A stretch of DNA of 34,981 bases from a virus: UHGV virus genome UHGV-0117537, one strand, 5' to 3'. The position numbers were made by a program, and so were the translations under genes. Positions 16,987 to 26,262 of the stretch are shown here, piece by piece. Below the pieces are notes generated by a model that saw nothing but the letters and a program-made list of their open reading frames with translations, was not told where the DNA came from and did not search any database. Numbering within the stretch: position 1 is the first letter of the stretch; every line of letters begins with the position of its first letter.

Positions 16987-18045
16987 ATGAAGAAGAATAC
17001 CCGCTTTGCTTTTAACGCTTACCTGCAGCAGCTGGCGCGTCTGAATGGTGTGGCAGTTGAAGAACTGTCCAGCAAGTTCACCGTGGAGCCGTCTGTACAG
17101 CAGACGCTGGAAGACCAGATCCAGCAGTCCGCCGCTTTCCTGACGCTGATTAACGTCACGCCAGTGACTGAGCAGTCCGGTCAGCTGCTGGGGTTGGGTG
17201 TTGGTAGCACCATTGCCGGAACCACTGACACCACCGCGAAAGAGCGTGAACCTGTCGATCCTACGCTGATGGTCGATGTGGAATACAAATGCGAGCAGAC
17301 CAACTTTGACACGGTACTGACCTACGCGAAGCTGGACCTGTGGGCGAAGTTTCAGGATTTCCAGGTGCGTATCCGTGACGCCATCGTGAAACGTCAGGCA
17401 CTGGACCGCATCATGATCGGCTTTAACGGCGTGAAGCGTGCGAAAACCTCCAACCGTAGCGAAAACCCGCTGCTGCAGGATGTGAACAAAGGCTGGTTAC
17501 AGAAAATCCGTGAGGATGCATCGGATCACGTCATGGGCAGCAGCACCACGGGCGGTGAAACCACACCGGGTACGGTGAAAGTCGGTAAAGGTGGCGAATA
17601 TGCCAACCTGGACGCCGTGGTGATGGATGCCGTCAATGAGCTTATCGACGTTGTCTACCAGGACGATGACGATCTGGTGGTGATTTGCGGGCGTGAACTG
17701 CTGTCTGACAAGTATTTCCCGCTGATCAACAAAGAGCAGGAAAACAGTGAAAAACTGGCTGCCGATATGATCATCAGTCAGAAACGCATGGGGGGCCTGC
17801 AGGCGGTGCGTGCGCCGTTCTTCCCGCCGAATGCGCTGCTGATCACCCGTCTGGATAACCTGTCCATCTACTGGCAGGAAGATACCCGCCGCCGTTCAGT
17901 TATCGACAACCCGAAACGTGACCGGATTGAAAATTTTGAATCCGTTAACGAAGCCTATGTGGTTGAGGACTACCGCTGCGCCGCACTGGTGGAAAACATC
18001 CAGATTGGCGATTTCAGCGCCGCTGCAGCAGAAACCGGAGCGTAA
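16987..18045 (+). CDS. N: Major capsid protein (P2 gpN-like)
   Basis: 352 aa, follows scaffold gene; size matches P2 N. Confidence 0.92.
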   Translation: MKKNTRFAFNAYLQQLARLNGVAVEELSSKFTVEPSVQQTLEDQIQQSAAFLTLINVTPVTEQSGQLLGLGVGSTIAGTTDTTAKEREPVDPTLMVDVEYKCEQTNFDTVLTYAKLDLWAKFQDFQVRIRDAIVKRQALDRIMIGFNGVKRAKTSNRSENPLLQDVNKGWLQKIREDASDHVMGSSTTGGETTPGTVKVGKGGEYANLDAVVMDAVNELIDVVYQDDDDLVVICGRELLSDKYFPLINKEQENSEKLAADMIISQKRMGGLQAVRAPFFPPNALLITRLDNLSIYWQEDTRRRSVIDNPKRDRIENFESVNEAYVVEDYRCAALVENIQIGDFSAAAAETGA

Positions 18046-18048
18046 TTC

Positions 18049-18699
18049 ATGAGCCTGAGTCCCGCACGGCAGCATCGCCTGCGCGTTCAGGCTGAACAGG
18101 CCGCCCGCGAGGGCGGCAGCGTTCGCCACGCGTCGGGCTATGACCTGATGCTGCTGCAACTGGCGGAAGACCGCCGCCGTCTCAAGGGCGTTCAGTCCAC
18201 GGTCAAAAAAGCGGAAATCAAGGTGGAGCTGCTGCCGAAGTACGCCGCCTGGGCGGAGGGTGTCCTGGCTGCCGGAGGCGTTCAACAGGATGACGTGCTG
18301 ATGTACGTGATGCTGTGGCGCATTGATGCCGGAGATTATGCCGGGGCGCTGGAGATCGGGCGTCACGCCCTGCGTCATGGCTGGGTGATGCCGTTAGGTA
18401 ACCGCAACGTGCAGACCGTGCTGGCAGAGGAAATGGCAGATGCAGCCCAGAGCGCAATGATTGCCGCCACCGGCTTTGATGCCGATCTGTTGCTGCAGAC
18501 GCTGGAGCTGACAGACGGTCTGGATATGCCGGACCAGTCACGGGCGCGTCTGCATAAAGCGATTGGCGCTGTCCTGAGTGAAAGCAACCCGGCTTCCGCC
18601 CTTAATCATCTCAACCATGCGTTACAGCTCGATCCCCGCTGTGGCGTGAAAAAAGACAAACAGCAGCTGGAGCGCAGACTGCGCAATGACAGCCGCTGA
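18049..18699 (+). CDS. M: Terminase small/endonuclease subunit (P2 gpM-like)
   Basis: 216 aa, position after N. Confidence 0.8.
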   Translation: MSLSPARQHRLRVQAEQAAREGGSVRHASGYDLMLLQLAEDRRRLKGVQSTVKKAEIKVELLPKYAAWAEGVLAAGGVQQDDVLMYVMLWRIDAGDYAGALEIGRHALRHGWVMPLGNRNVQTVLAEEMADAAQSAMIAATGFDADLLLQTLELTDGLDMPDQSRARLHKAIGAVLSESNPASALNHLNHALQLDPRCGVKKDKQQLERRLRNDSR

Positions 18700-18794
18700 C
18701 AGAACGTGCCCCCGCGCACGGGCGGCACGGGGTGGCGAAAGGCACTGCCACATCAAAACCCCGTCCACCGCCCTCTATTTCAGGAGAAAGCAGC

Positions 18795-19259
18795 ATGAAG
18801 TTTGTTGCGCCAGAACAGGCACCGGAACAGGCGGAAATCATCAGAAACACGCCGTTCTGGCCTGATGTGGACCTGTCGGAGTTTCGCAGTGTCATGCGCA
18901 CTGACGGCACGGTGACGCAGCCGCGTTTAAAGCAGGTTGCGCTGTCGGCAATTTCGGAGGTCAACGCAGAGCTGTATGAGTTTCGCAGACGCCAGCAGAT
19001 GCTGGGATATGCCTCGCTGGCAGAGGTTCCGGCGGAGCAGCTGGACGGCAAAAGTGAGCGCATTCAGCACTATTTCAACGCGGTTTACTGCTGGGCACGC
19101 GCCATGCTCAACGAACGATACCAGGACTATGACGCCACGGCATCCGGTGTGAAGCGAGGCGAAGAACTGGCAGAAGCCAGCGGTGATTTGTGGCGTGACG
19201 CCCGCTGGGCCATCAGCCGGGTGCAGGATGCGCCGCACTGCACAGTGGAGCTTATCTGA
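18795..19259 (+). CDS. L: Head completion/stabilisation protein (P2 gpL-like)
   Basis: 154 aa from internal ATG of ORF 18732-19259; position after M. Confidence 0.8.
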   Translation: MKFVAPEQAPEQAEIIRNTPFWPDVDLSEFRSVMRTDGTVTQPRLKQVALSAISEVNAELYEFRRRQQMLGYASLAEVPAEQLDGKSERIQHYFNAVYCWARAMLNERYQDYDATASGVKRGEELAEASGDLWRDARWAISRVQDAPHCTVELI

Positions 19260-19462
19260 TGAAAGTGCGTGCGCATCAGTATGACACGGTGGACGCGCTT
19301 TGCTGGCGTCATTACGGGCGCACGCAGGGTGTCACGGAGCAGGTACTGAAGGCAAATCCGGGGCTTGCCGAATACGGCCCCTTTTTACCTCACGGGATGC
19401 AGGTGGAGCTGCCGGACATTCCGACCACCACCACCGTGCAGACCGTCCAGCTATGGGACTGA
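19259..19462 (+). CDS. X: Tail protein X (P2 gpX-like)
   Basis: 67 aa, same length as P2 X, start overlaps L stop. Confidence 0.8.
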   Translation: MKVRAHQYDTVDALCWRHYGRTQGVTEQVLKANPGLAEYGPFLPHGMQVELPDIPTTTTVQTVQLWD

Positions 19463-19465
19463 ATT

Positions 19466-19681
19466 ATGACGCTTGAGCGAATCAGCGCCTTTATCACGTA
19501 TTGCATCGCCGTCGTGCTGGCCTGGCTGGGTGATTTGTCCATCAAGGATGCCTCAACGCTGGGCGGCCTGATGATTGGTGTGCTGATGCTGGCTATCAAC
19601 TGGTACTACAAACACAAAGCCTACCAGCTTCTGCGCGACGGGCAGATCTCGCGGGAGGACTATGAATCCATCAATCGTTAA
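19466..19681 (+). CDS. Small membrane protein, putative holin
   Basis: 71 aa with hydrophobic segments (ISAFITYCIAVVLAWLG, LGGLMIGVLMLAINWYY) immediately upstream of endolysin. Confidence 0.6.
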   Translation: MTLERISAFITYCIAVVLAWLGDLSIKDASTLGGLMIGVLMLAINWYYKHKAYQLLRDGQISREDYESINR

Positions 19682-20174
19682 ACGCTGCCTTGTCGGGACC
19701 GTGCTGGCTATTACTGCCACGCTGCCGGGTTTTCAGCAGCTTCACACCTCCGTGGAGGGGCTGAAACTGATTGCTGATTACGAAGGCTGTCGTCTGCAGC
19801 CGTATCAGTGCAGCGCGGGTGTCTGGACCGACGGCATTGGTAATACATCGGGCGTCATCCCGGGCAAAACCATTACGGAACGACAGGCAGCGGAAGGGCT
19901 GATCTCCAACGTGCTTCGTGTGGAGCGGGCGCTGGAAAGGTGTGTGAAGCAACAGCCGCCGCAGAAGGTGTATGACGCTGCGGTGTCGTTTGCCTTCAAC
20001 GTGGGAACGGGCAATGCCTGCAGTTCCACGCTGGTGAAATTGCTCAATCAGCGGCGCTGGGCGGATGCGTGCCGACAGTTGCCGCGCTGGGTTTATGTGA
20101 AAGGTGTTTTTAATCAGGGGCTGGATAACCGCCGTGCGCGGGAGATGGCCTGGTGTTTACAGGGAGCAAACTGA
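19662..20174 (+). CDS. Endolysin, lysozyme-like (GH24-type), possible signal-arrest-release N-terminus
   Basis: 170 aa; lysozyme catalytic region EGCRLQPYQCSAGVWTDGIGNT; hydrophobic N-terminus CLVGTVLAITATLPGF. Confidence 0.82.
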   Translation: MNPSIVKRCLVGTVLAITATLPGFQQLHTSVEGLKLIADYEGCRLQPYQCSAGVWTDGIGNTSGVIPGKTITERQAAEGLISNVLRVERALERCVKQQPPQKVYDAAVSFAFNVGTGNACSSTLVKLLNQRRWADACRQLPRWVYVKGVFNQGLDNRRAREMAWCLQGAN

Positions 20175-20175
20175 A

Positions 20176-20553
20176 ATGAAAAAGAAATTAATCAGCGGAC
20201 TGTTTCTGATGTTATGGATGGCGCTGTTAATCGCAGCAATGGTGTATCCGCAGGGGATCTTTCCGGTACTGGCAGCGTCCGGCGTTTGGGTAGCCTGTTT
20301 GCTGACATGGGCGGTAATTCCGGTAGCACTGGCTGCGTTAATTCAGAATGGCCCGCTCTGGCAGGAGTTAAGGGCATCTTTGCTGAAGACAATTACCCGA
20401 AAAGAAAACGTATTTATCAGTTGGGTGATGCGATTGCTGATTGTTGTAAGTCTCGCATGGACGGGGTGGGCTATTACCCTGGTCTTTTATCTACTGACCG
20501 TTATTGCCTTCTGGATCACCCGTAATCAGATGGCGCAACAGGTAGCAGCATGA
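20176..20553 (+). CDS. lysA: Lysis accessory membrane protein (P2 LysA-like)
   Basis: 125 aa from internal ATG of ORF 20104-20553; multiple predicted TM helices; position after endolysin. Confidence 0.65.
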   Translation: MKKKLISGLFLMLWMALLIAAMVYPQGIFPVLAASGVWVACLLTWAVIPVALAALIQNGPLWQELRASLLKTITRKENVFISWVMRLLIVVSLAWTGWAITLVFYLLTVIAFWITRNQMAQQVAA

Positions 20554-20978
20554 ACCGGTTGCTGCTGGTTGTGCTGGCGTTATTACTGGCGGCGCTGGGC
20601 TGGCAGACGTGGCGGCTGGCTGATGCCAGCCAGACCATCAGCACGCAGGCAAACGAGCTGCAGAGCAAAAGCCAGGCACTGGCAAAGAGCAACAGCCAGC
20701 TTATCAGCCTGTCCATTCTGACTGAAACCAATAACCGGGAGCAGGCGCGGCTCTATGCCGAAGCAGAACAGACCAGCGCACAGCTGAGACAACGACAACG
20801 CCGGATCGAGGAACTGAAACGTGAGAACGAGGATTTACGCCACTGGGCTGATACTCCTTTGCCTGCTGACATTATCCGGCTGCGGGAACGTCCGGCACTC
20901 ACCGGAGGTGCAGCTTACCGTCAGTGGTTGTCCGCGAGTGACGCCGTGTCGGCTGGAGCAGGCAGCACCGCGCACTAA
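20550..20978 (+). CDS. lysB: Inner-membrane spanin (Rz-like, P2 LysB-like)
   Basis: 142 aa; N-terminal TM (LLLVVLALLLAALGW) followed by coiled-coil-like region. Confidence 0.75.
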   Translation: MNRLLLVVLALLLAALGWQTWRLADASQTISTQANELQSKSQALAKSNSQLISLSILTETNNREQARLYAEAEQTSAQLRQRQRRIEELKRENEDLRHWADTPLPADIIRLRERPALTGGAAYRQWLSASDAVSAGAGSTAH

Positions 20979-21111
20979 CGGTGATCTGAATGCGTTGCTG
21001 GATGAAACGGAGGCCGCCTGGGCGGTCTGTGCAGACAAAGTGGACATGATTATTGCGTGTCAGGAGCGAAACAGTGAACAAACCACAATCCCTGCGCCAC
21101 GCCCTCAATAA
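20821..21111 (+). CDS. lysC: Outer-membrane lipoprotein spanin (Rz1-like, P2 LysC-like), overlapping lysB out of frame
   Basis: 96 aa with lipobox (LLTLSGCG); overlapped arrangement typical of spanin pairs. Confidence 0.7.
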   Translation: MRTRIYATGLILLCLLTLSGCGNVRHSPEVQLTVSGCPRVTPCRLEQAAPRTNGDLNALLDETEAAWAVCADKVDMIIACQERNSEQTTIPAPRPQ

Positions 21112-21505
21112 AGCGGTGCCTTATGTCCGCAATAACCCGGACAAACTGCATCTGTTTGTGGATAACGGTTCGCTGGTTGCCACGGGGGCCAGCTCCATGT
21201 CATGGGAGTACCGCTACACCCTGAACGTGGTGATTGAGGATTTCAGCGGCGACCAGAATCTGCTGATGGCCCCGGTTTTGCTGTGGCTGCGTGATAACCA
21301 GCCCGATGCCATCAATAACCCGGCGTTACGGGAAAAGCTATTCACCTTTGAGGTGGATATTCTGCGCAACGATGTCTGTGATATCAGCCTCAACCTGCAA
21401 CTGACGGAGCGTGTGCTGGTCAGCACTGACGGCAGTGTGTCGAGCGTTGAAGCTATAGCGGAACCTGATGAACCTGAAGAAATGTGGACGGTGAAACGTG
21501 GCTGA
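21053..21505 (+). CDS. R: Tail completion protein (P2 gpR-like); true start may lie slightly downstream
   Basis: 150-aa ORF following lysis cassette; overlaps lysC 3' end. Confidence 0.78.
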   Translation: MRVRSETVNKPQSLRHALNKAVPYVRNNPDKLHLFVDNGSLVATGASSMSWEYRYTLNVVIEDFSGDQNLLMAPVLLWLRDNQPDAINNPALREKLFTFEVDILRNDVCDISLNLQLTERVLVSTDGSVSSVEAIAEPDEPEEMWTVKRG

Positions 21506-21944
21506 ACTGCAGAAAGTGGACGACTGGCTGAGTGCCTTGCTGGCGAATCTGGAGCCAGCCGCAAGAAGCCGCATGATGCGCCAGCTGGCGCAGGAACTAC
21601 GCCGGACACAGCAGCAAAATATCAGAATGCAGCGCAATCCAGATGGCAGCAGTTATGAACCGCGACGGGTAACAGCACGCAGTAAAAAAGGCCGTATCAA
21701 ACGTCAGATGTTTGCAAAGCTGCGCACCACAAAATACCTGAAAACTTCCGCCAGCGCCGACTCTGCCAGCGTGCAGTTTGAAGGCAAGGTGCAGCGCATT
21801 GCCCGCGTTCACCATTACGGCCTGCGAGATCGCGTCAGTCGTAAGGGACCGGAGGTGCGTTACGCAGAGCGTCGCCTTCTGGGTGTAAATGATGATGTTG
21901 AGGCAATGACCCGCGACATGATTCTGCAATGGCTGGCGGGGTGA
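21498..21944 (+). CDS. S: Tail completion protein (P2 gpS-like)
   Basis: 148 aa, overlapping start with R stop. Confidence 0.82.
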   Translation: MAELQKVDDWLSALLANLEPAARSRMMRQLAQELRRTQQQNIRMQRNPDGSSYEPRRVTARSKKGRIKRQMFAKLRTTKYLKTSASADSASVQFEGKVQRIARVHHYGLRDRVSRKGPEVRYAERRLLGVNDDVEAMTRDMILQWLAG

Positions 21945-21948
21945 TCTT

Positions 21949-21966
21949 TGTATCAGCACTGATACA
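21949..21966. promoter_or_regulatory. Late-promoter activator site TGT-N12-ACA upstream of V (P_V-like)
   Basis: tgtatcagcactgataca is embedded in a perfect 20-bp palindrome ttgtatcagcactgatacaa in the S-V intergenic region. Confidence 0.6.
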
Positions 21967-22012
21967 AGTTGCAGCACTGCCGCCTTTCTTCCCCTGATGG
22001 CAACCTTTCCCT

Positions 22013-22591
22013 ATGAACGCACAATTAACCGAAATCATGCGCCTTATCACCAACCTGATCCGCACAGGGGTAGTCACCGAAGTGGACAGGGAAAACTGGC
22101 TTTGCCGGGTGAAAACGGGCGAGCTTGAAACCAACTGGATCAGCTGGCTGACGCTGCGTGCCGGGAATGCCCGTACATGGTGGCGACCATCGGAAGGTGA
22201 GCAGGTGGTGCTGCTGAGTCTGGGCGGCAATCTGGAAACCGCCTTTGCGCTGCCCGCTGTCTATTCGAATCAGTTCGCACCACCGTCGACGTCGGCGGAC
22301 GCCTGCGTGACAGAACATCCTGACGGTGGCTGGTTTGAATACGAACCCGCCACCGGGCGCTGGTATGTCAGGGGCATCAAATCAATGGTCATTGAGGCTG
22401 CTGACAACATCACCATGAAAACCAGTGAGTTTGTACTGGAGGCTGACCGCACGCGCATTAACAGCGAAGTGGTGATCAATGGTGGCGTTATCCAGGGCGG
22501 CGGAGCGATGAGTTCTAACGGGATCGTGGTTGATGCGCATCAGCATACTGGCGTCCTGAAAGGCGGCGATACAACCGGAGGCCCGGTATGA
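22013..22591 (+). CDS. V: Baseplate spike/assembly protein (P2 gpV-like)
   Basis: 192 aa; position and overlap pattern with W. Confidence 0.88.
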   Translation: MNAQLTEIMRLITNLIRTGVVTEVDRENWLCRVKTGELETNWISWLTLRAGNARTWWRPSEGEQVVLLSLGGNLETAFALPAVYSNQFAPPSTSADACVTEHPDGGWFEYEPATGRWYVRGIKSMVIEAADNITMKTSEFVLEADRTRINSEVVINGGVIQGGGAMSSNGIVVDAHQHTGVLKGGDTTGGPV

Positions 22592-22947
22592 CGCTTTATA
22601 GCGGGATGAACAATACCAGCGGCAAAGTCATTACTGATATTGATCATCTGCGCCAGTCGGTGCGGGACATTCTGCTGACACCGCAGGGTAGCCGTATTGC
22701 CCGCCGGGAATATGGTTCCCTGCTGTCGGCACTGATAGATCAGCCACAAAATCCGGCATTACGCCTGCAGGTCATGTCGGCAGTGTATGTGGCGCTGAGT
22801 CGCTGGGAGCCACGGTTGACGCTGGATTCCATCACCATCAACAGCAATTTTGACGGTTCAATGGTGGTGGAGCTGACCGGGCGGCGGAATAACGGTGTGC
22901 CTGTGTCCCTTTCCGTATCAACAGGAGCAGAGAATGGCAGTGATTGA
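22588..22947 (+). CDS. W: Baseplate protein (P2 gpW-like, gp25-like)
   Basis: 119 aa, start overlaps V stop. Confidence 0.88.
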   Translation: MTLYSGMNNTSGKVITDIDHLRQSVRDILLTPQGSRIARREYGSLLSALIDQPQNPALRLQVMSAVYVALSRWEPRLTLDSITINSNFDGSMVVELTGRRNNGVPVSLSVSTGAENGSD

Positions 22948-23842
22948 CCTTTCGCAGTTGCCTGCACCGCAGATTGTGGATGTGCCGGACTTTGAGACAC
23001 TGCTTGCCGAACGCAAGGCAGAATTTGTGGCGCTTCATCCGAAAGATGAGCAGGAAGCAGTGATCCGCACGCTGGAACTGGAATCTGAACCCGCCACTAA
23101 ATTGTTGCAGGAGAACGCTTACCGTGAGTTGCTTCTGCGCCAGCGCATTAACGAAGCCGCGCAGGCGGTGATGGTGGCTTACGCGATGGGCGGCGATCTT
23201 GACCAGCTCGCTGCCAACTACAACGTGACACGCCTGACGGTGACGCCTGCTGATAATGATGCTGTGCCGCCCGTTGCAGCTGTGATGGAAAGCGATGAAG
23301 CGTTGCGCCTGCGTGTGCCTGCAGCCTTTGAAGGGCTTTCTGTTGCGGGGCCAACTGCAGCTTATGAATTTCATGCCCGAAGCGCCGACGGTCGGGTGGC
23401 GGATGCCAGTGCAACCAGCCCGGCACCTGCAGAGGTGGTGCTGGCTGTCCTTAGCCGCGAAGGCGATGGAACTGCAGAAAAAGACCTGCTGGACGTGGTG
23501 GAAAAAGCTCTGAACAGTGAGAACGTCCGCCCGGTGGCTGACCGTCTTACGGTTCGCAGCGCAGAAATCATCCCGTATCGCGTGGAAGCCACCATTTTTC
23601 TCTATCCTGGACCGGAAGCAGAGCCGGTAATGGCAGCGGCAAAAGCCAGCCTGCAGAAGTACATCGCCAGTCAGACGCGTCTTGGTCGGGATATTCGCCG
23701 TAGCGCCATCTTTGCCGCCCTGCATGTTGAGGGGGTGCAGCGTGTGGAGCTGGCTTCTCCTCTGGCGGATGTGGTCCTGAACAAAACACAGGCGGCATCA
23801 TGTACGCAGTGGAGCGTAACCAACGGAGGAACGGATGAATAG
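22934..23842 (+). CDS. J: Baseplate assembly protein (P2 gpJ-like)
   Basis: ATG 13 codons inside ORF 22895-23842 (MAVIDLSQLPAPQ...); about 302 aa. Confidence 0.85.
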   Translation: MAVIDLSQLPAPQIVDVPDFETLLAERKAEFVALHPKDEQEAVIRTLELESEPATKLLQENAYRELLLRQRINEAAQAVMVAYAMGGDLDQLAANYNVTRLTVTPADNDAVPPVAAVMESDEALRLRVPAAFEGLSVAGPTAAYEFHARSADGRVADASATSPAPAEVVLAVLSREGDGTAEKDLLDVVEKALNSENVRPVADRLTVRSAEIIPYRVEATIFLYPGPEAEPVMAAAKASLQKYIASQTRLGRDIRRSAIFAALHVEGVQRVELASPLADVVLNKTQAASCTQWSVTNGGTDE

Positions 23843-24440
23843 TCTGCTGCCACCGGGTTCAACACCACTGGAGCGCCGACTGGCGCAAACCTGCAGCGGG
23901 ATTTCTGATCTGCAGGTGCCGCTTCGTGATTTGTGGAATCCGGCAACCTGTCCGGTCAGTTTCCTGCCTTATCTCGCCTGGGCGTTCTCTGTGGATCGCT
24001 GGGACGAGGGCTGGACAGAAAGCGTCAAGCGCCAGGTGGTGAAGGATGCTTTTTATATTCATCAGCATAAAGGGACCACCAGTGCCGTGCGGCGGGTGGT
24101 GGAGCCGTTCGGATTCCTGATCCGCATTATTGAGTGGTGGCAGACCGGAGAAACACCGGGCACGTTTCGCCTGGATATCGGCGTGCAGGACCAGGGCATC
24201 ACTGAAGATACCTATCTGGAACTTGAGCGACTGATAAGCGATGCCAAACCATGTAGCCGCCACATGATCGGCATGTCCATCAATCTGCAGACCAGCGGCC
24301 CGCATTGGGTGGGAGCCGCCAGCTATCTTGGCGAAGAAATCACGATCTATCCGTATATCAACGAAACGATTATTTCCGGTGGCACCGCGCATGAAGGCGG
24401 GGCGGTCCATGTTATTGACACAATGAGAGTGAATCCATGA
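23835..24440 (+). CDS. I: Baseplate assembly protein (P2 gpI-like)
   Basis: 201 aa, overlapping J stop and H start. Confidence 0.85.
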   Translation: MNSLLPPGSTPLERRLAQTCSGISDLQVPLRDLWNPATCPVSFLPYLAWAFSVDRWDEGWTESVKRQVVKDAFYIHQHKGTTSAVRRVVEPFGFLIRIIEWWQTGETPGTFRLDIGVQDQGITEDTYLELERLISDAKPCSRHMIGMSINLQTSGPHWVGAASYLGEEITIYPYINETIISGGTAHEGGAVHVIDTMRVNP

Positions 24441-25819
24441 GCACAAAATTTTATACCCTGCTGACGGATATTGGCGCGGCGAAACTTGCCAGCGCCGCCG
24501 CGCTCGGTGTGCCGCTAAAAATTACCCATATGGCGGTGGGCGATGGCGGTGGAGTATTGCCAACGCCGGACGCAAAGCAGACGGCACTGGTAAATGAGAA
24601 ACGCCGGGCTGCGCTGAATATGCTTTATATCGACCCGCAGAACAGCAGCCAGATTATTGCCGAACAGGTGATCCCTGAAAACGAGGGCGGTTGGTGGATA
24701 CGTGAAGTGGGCCTGTTTGATGAGTCAGGGGCATTGATTGCCGTGGGCAACTGCCCGGAAAGCTATAAGCCGCAACTGGCTGAAGGTAGCGGGCGCACTC
24801 AGACCGTGCGCATGGTGCTGATTACCAGCAGCACGGACAATATCACCCTGAAAATCGACCCTGCTGTAGTGCTGGCAACCCGCAAGTATGTGGATGACAA
24901 GGCACTGGAGCTGAAGGTGTACGCGGATGATCAGATGGCAAAACATCTTGCCGCACCGGACCCGCATTCACAGTACGCGCCAAAAGCCAGCCCGACATTT
25001 ACCGGAACCCCCAAAGCGCCAACGCCAGCGGCGGGGAATAATACCACGCAGGTTGCGACCACTGCGTTTGTACAGGCGGCACTGACGGCCCTTATTAATG
25101 GTGCGCCAGCCACGCTGGACACGCTGAAAGAAATAGCCGCAGCCATTAACAATGATCCGAATTTCAGTACCACCATTAACAATGCGCTGGCACTAAAAGC
25201 ACCGTTGTCGAGTCCGGCACTCACCGGAACGCCAACAGCCCCCACGGCGGCGCAGTCGGTCAACAATACACAGATTGCCACTACGGCTTTTGTGAAATCG
25301 GCGATTGCAGGAATGGTGGGTTCTGCGCCTGCTGCACTGGATACACTGAACGAACTGGCGGCGGCACTGGGGAATGATCCGAACTTTGCCACGACAATGC
25401 TTAATGCGCTGGCAGGTAAACAACCGCTGGACAATACGCTTACCAATTTGAGTGGAAAGGATGTAGCTGGTCTTCTCACATACCTTGGTTTGGGAGAAGC
25501 GGCAAAACGGAATGTGGGAACAGGGGAAAATCAGATACCTGATATGTCAGCTTATTCATCAGGATCTGGCTGGCAAAAATTGCCTGATGGTTCAATTGAA
25601 CAGTGGGGAAGAATTAATTTCCCGAATAACGCCGCGGCGGTATCTACAAATGTGACTTTCACCATTCCTTTTACGCAGGAGCCAGACGTAGTGATTGTAT
25701 ATGACGGCGGTTTTGGTGGTGGGAATATGTGGGGCGCAACTAACTGGACGAAAACAGGTTTCGTTGCTCATTGTAACTATGGCTTTGAAGGTGGAGCCTT
25801 CTACGCGAAAGGGCGTTAA
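24437..25819 (+). CDS. H: Tail fibre protein (P2 gpH-like) with variable C-terminus (current orientation)
   Basis: 460 aa; N-terminus MSTKFYTLLTDIGAAKLA typical of P2 H; internal tandem repeats (TTAFV..GAPA.LDTL.E.AAA..NDPNF.TT.NALA.K.PL); C-terminal part lies inside the invertible segment. Confidence 0.88.
   Translation: MSTKFYTLLTDIGAAKLASAAALGVPLKITHMAVGDGGGVLPTPDAKQTALVNEKRRAALNMLYIDPQNSSQIIAEQVIPENEGGWWIREVGLFDESGALIAVGNCPESYKPQLAEGSGRTQTVRMVLITSSTDNITLKIDPAVVLATRKYVDDKALELKVYADDQMAKHLAAPDPHSQYAPKASPTFTGTPKAPTPAAGNNTTQVATTAFVQAALTALINGAPATLDTLKEIAAAINNDPNFSTTINNALALKAPLSSPALTGTPTAPTAAQSVNNTQIATTAFVKSAIAGMVGSAPAALDTLNELAAALGNDPNFATTMLNALAGKQPLDNTLTNLSGKDVAGLLTYLGLGEAAKRNVGTGENQIPDMSAYSSGSGWQKLPDGSIEQWGRINFPNNAAAVSTNVTFTIPFTQEPDVVIVYDGGFGGGNMWGATNWTKTGFVAHCNYGFEGGAFYAKGR
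25473..25498. repeat. Hix/gix-like recombination site (left boundary of invertible segment) inside tail fibre gene
   Basis: ttctcacatacc-tt-ggtttgggagaa resembles 26-bp Hin/Gin crossover sites; encodes LLTYLGLGE at the constant/variable junction. Confidence 0.55.
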
Positions 25820-25821
25820 TT

Positions 25822-26262
25822 ATGAAATATTTGTATGTTGATAATCTGGCGTACCCTTATGCCCTCCAGTCTGTTTACGCTGCAAAAGGCCAATGGCCCG
25901 AAGGTAAAGGCGTGGATATAGACGAAGCTATTTTCAGGGAATATTTCCATGATACGCCGCCTGACGGTAAGTACAGAATTACCGGAGACGATGGAATGCC
26001 AGCATGGGCAGATGTTCCACCGCCAACACGTGAAGAACAAATTGCATCAGTCGAAACTAAAAAGCAGCAATTGATTAATCAGGCCAACGATTATATGAAC
26101 AGTAGACAATGGGCTGGTAAAGCGGCGATTGGTCGCCTGAAAGGTGAGGAACTGGCGCAATATAATTTGTGGCTGGATTATCTGTACGCACTGGAACTGG
26201 TCGATACTTCCGGTGCGCCAGATATTGAATGGCCTACGCCTCCGGCAGTTCAGGCCAGATGA
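25822..26262 (+). CDS. G: Tail fibre assembly chaperone (P2 gpG/Tfa-like)
   Basis: 146 aa; N-terminal MKYLYVDNLAYPY and C-terminal GAPDIEWPTPP typical of Tfa proteins. Confidence 0.8.
   Translation: MKYLYVDNLAYPYALQSVYAAKGQWPEGKGVDIDEAIFREYFHDTPPDGKYRITGDDGMPAWADVPPPTREEQIASVETKKQQLINQANDYMNSRQWAGKAAIGRLKGEELAQYNLWLDYLYALELVDTSGAPDIEWPTPPAVQAR

Noticed and set aside
22838-23725. 295-aa minus-strand ORF overlapping W/J
   Set aside because: Antisense to tightly packed, overlapping baseplate genes; Cys/His/Arg-rich artefactual composition
24931-25479. 182-aa minus-strand ORF inside tail fibre gene H
   Set aside because: Antisense reading of the Ala/Thr-rich repeat region of the fibre gene; low complexity
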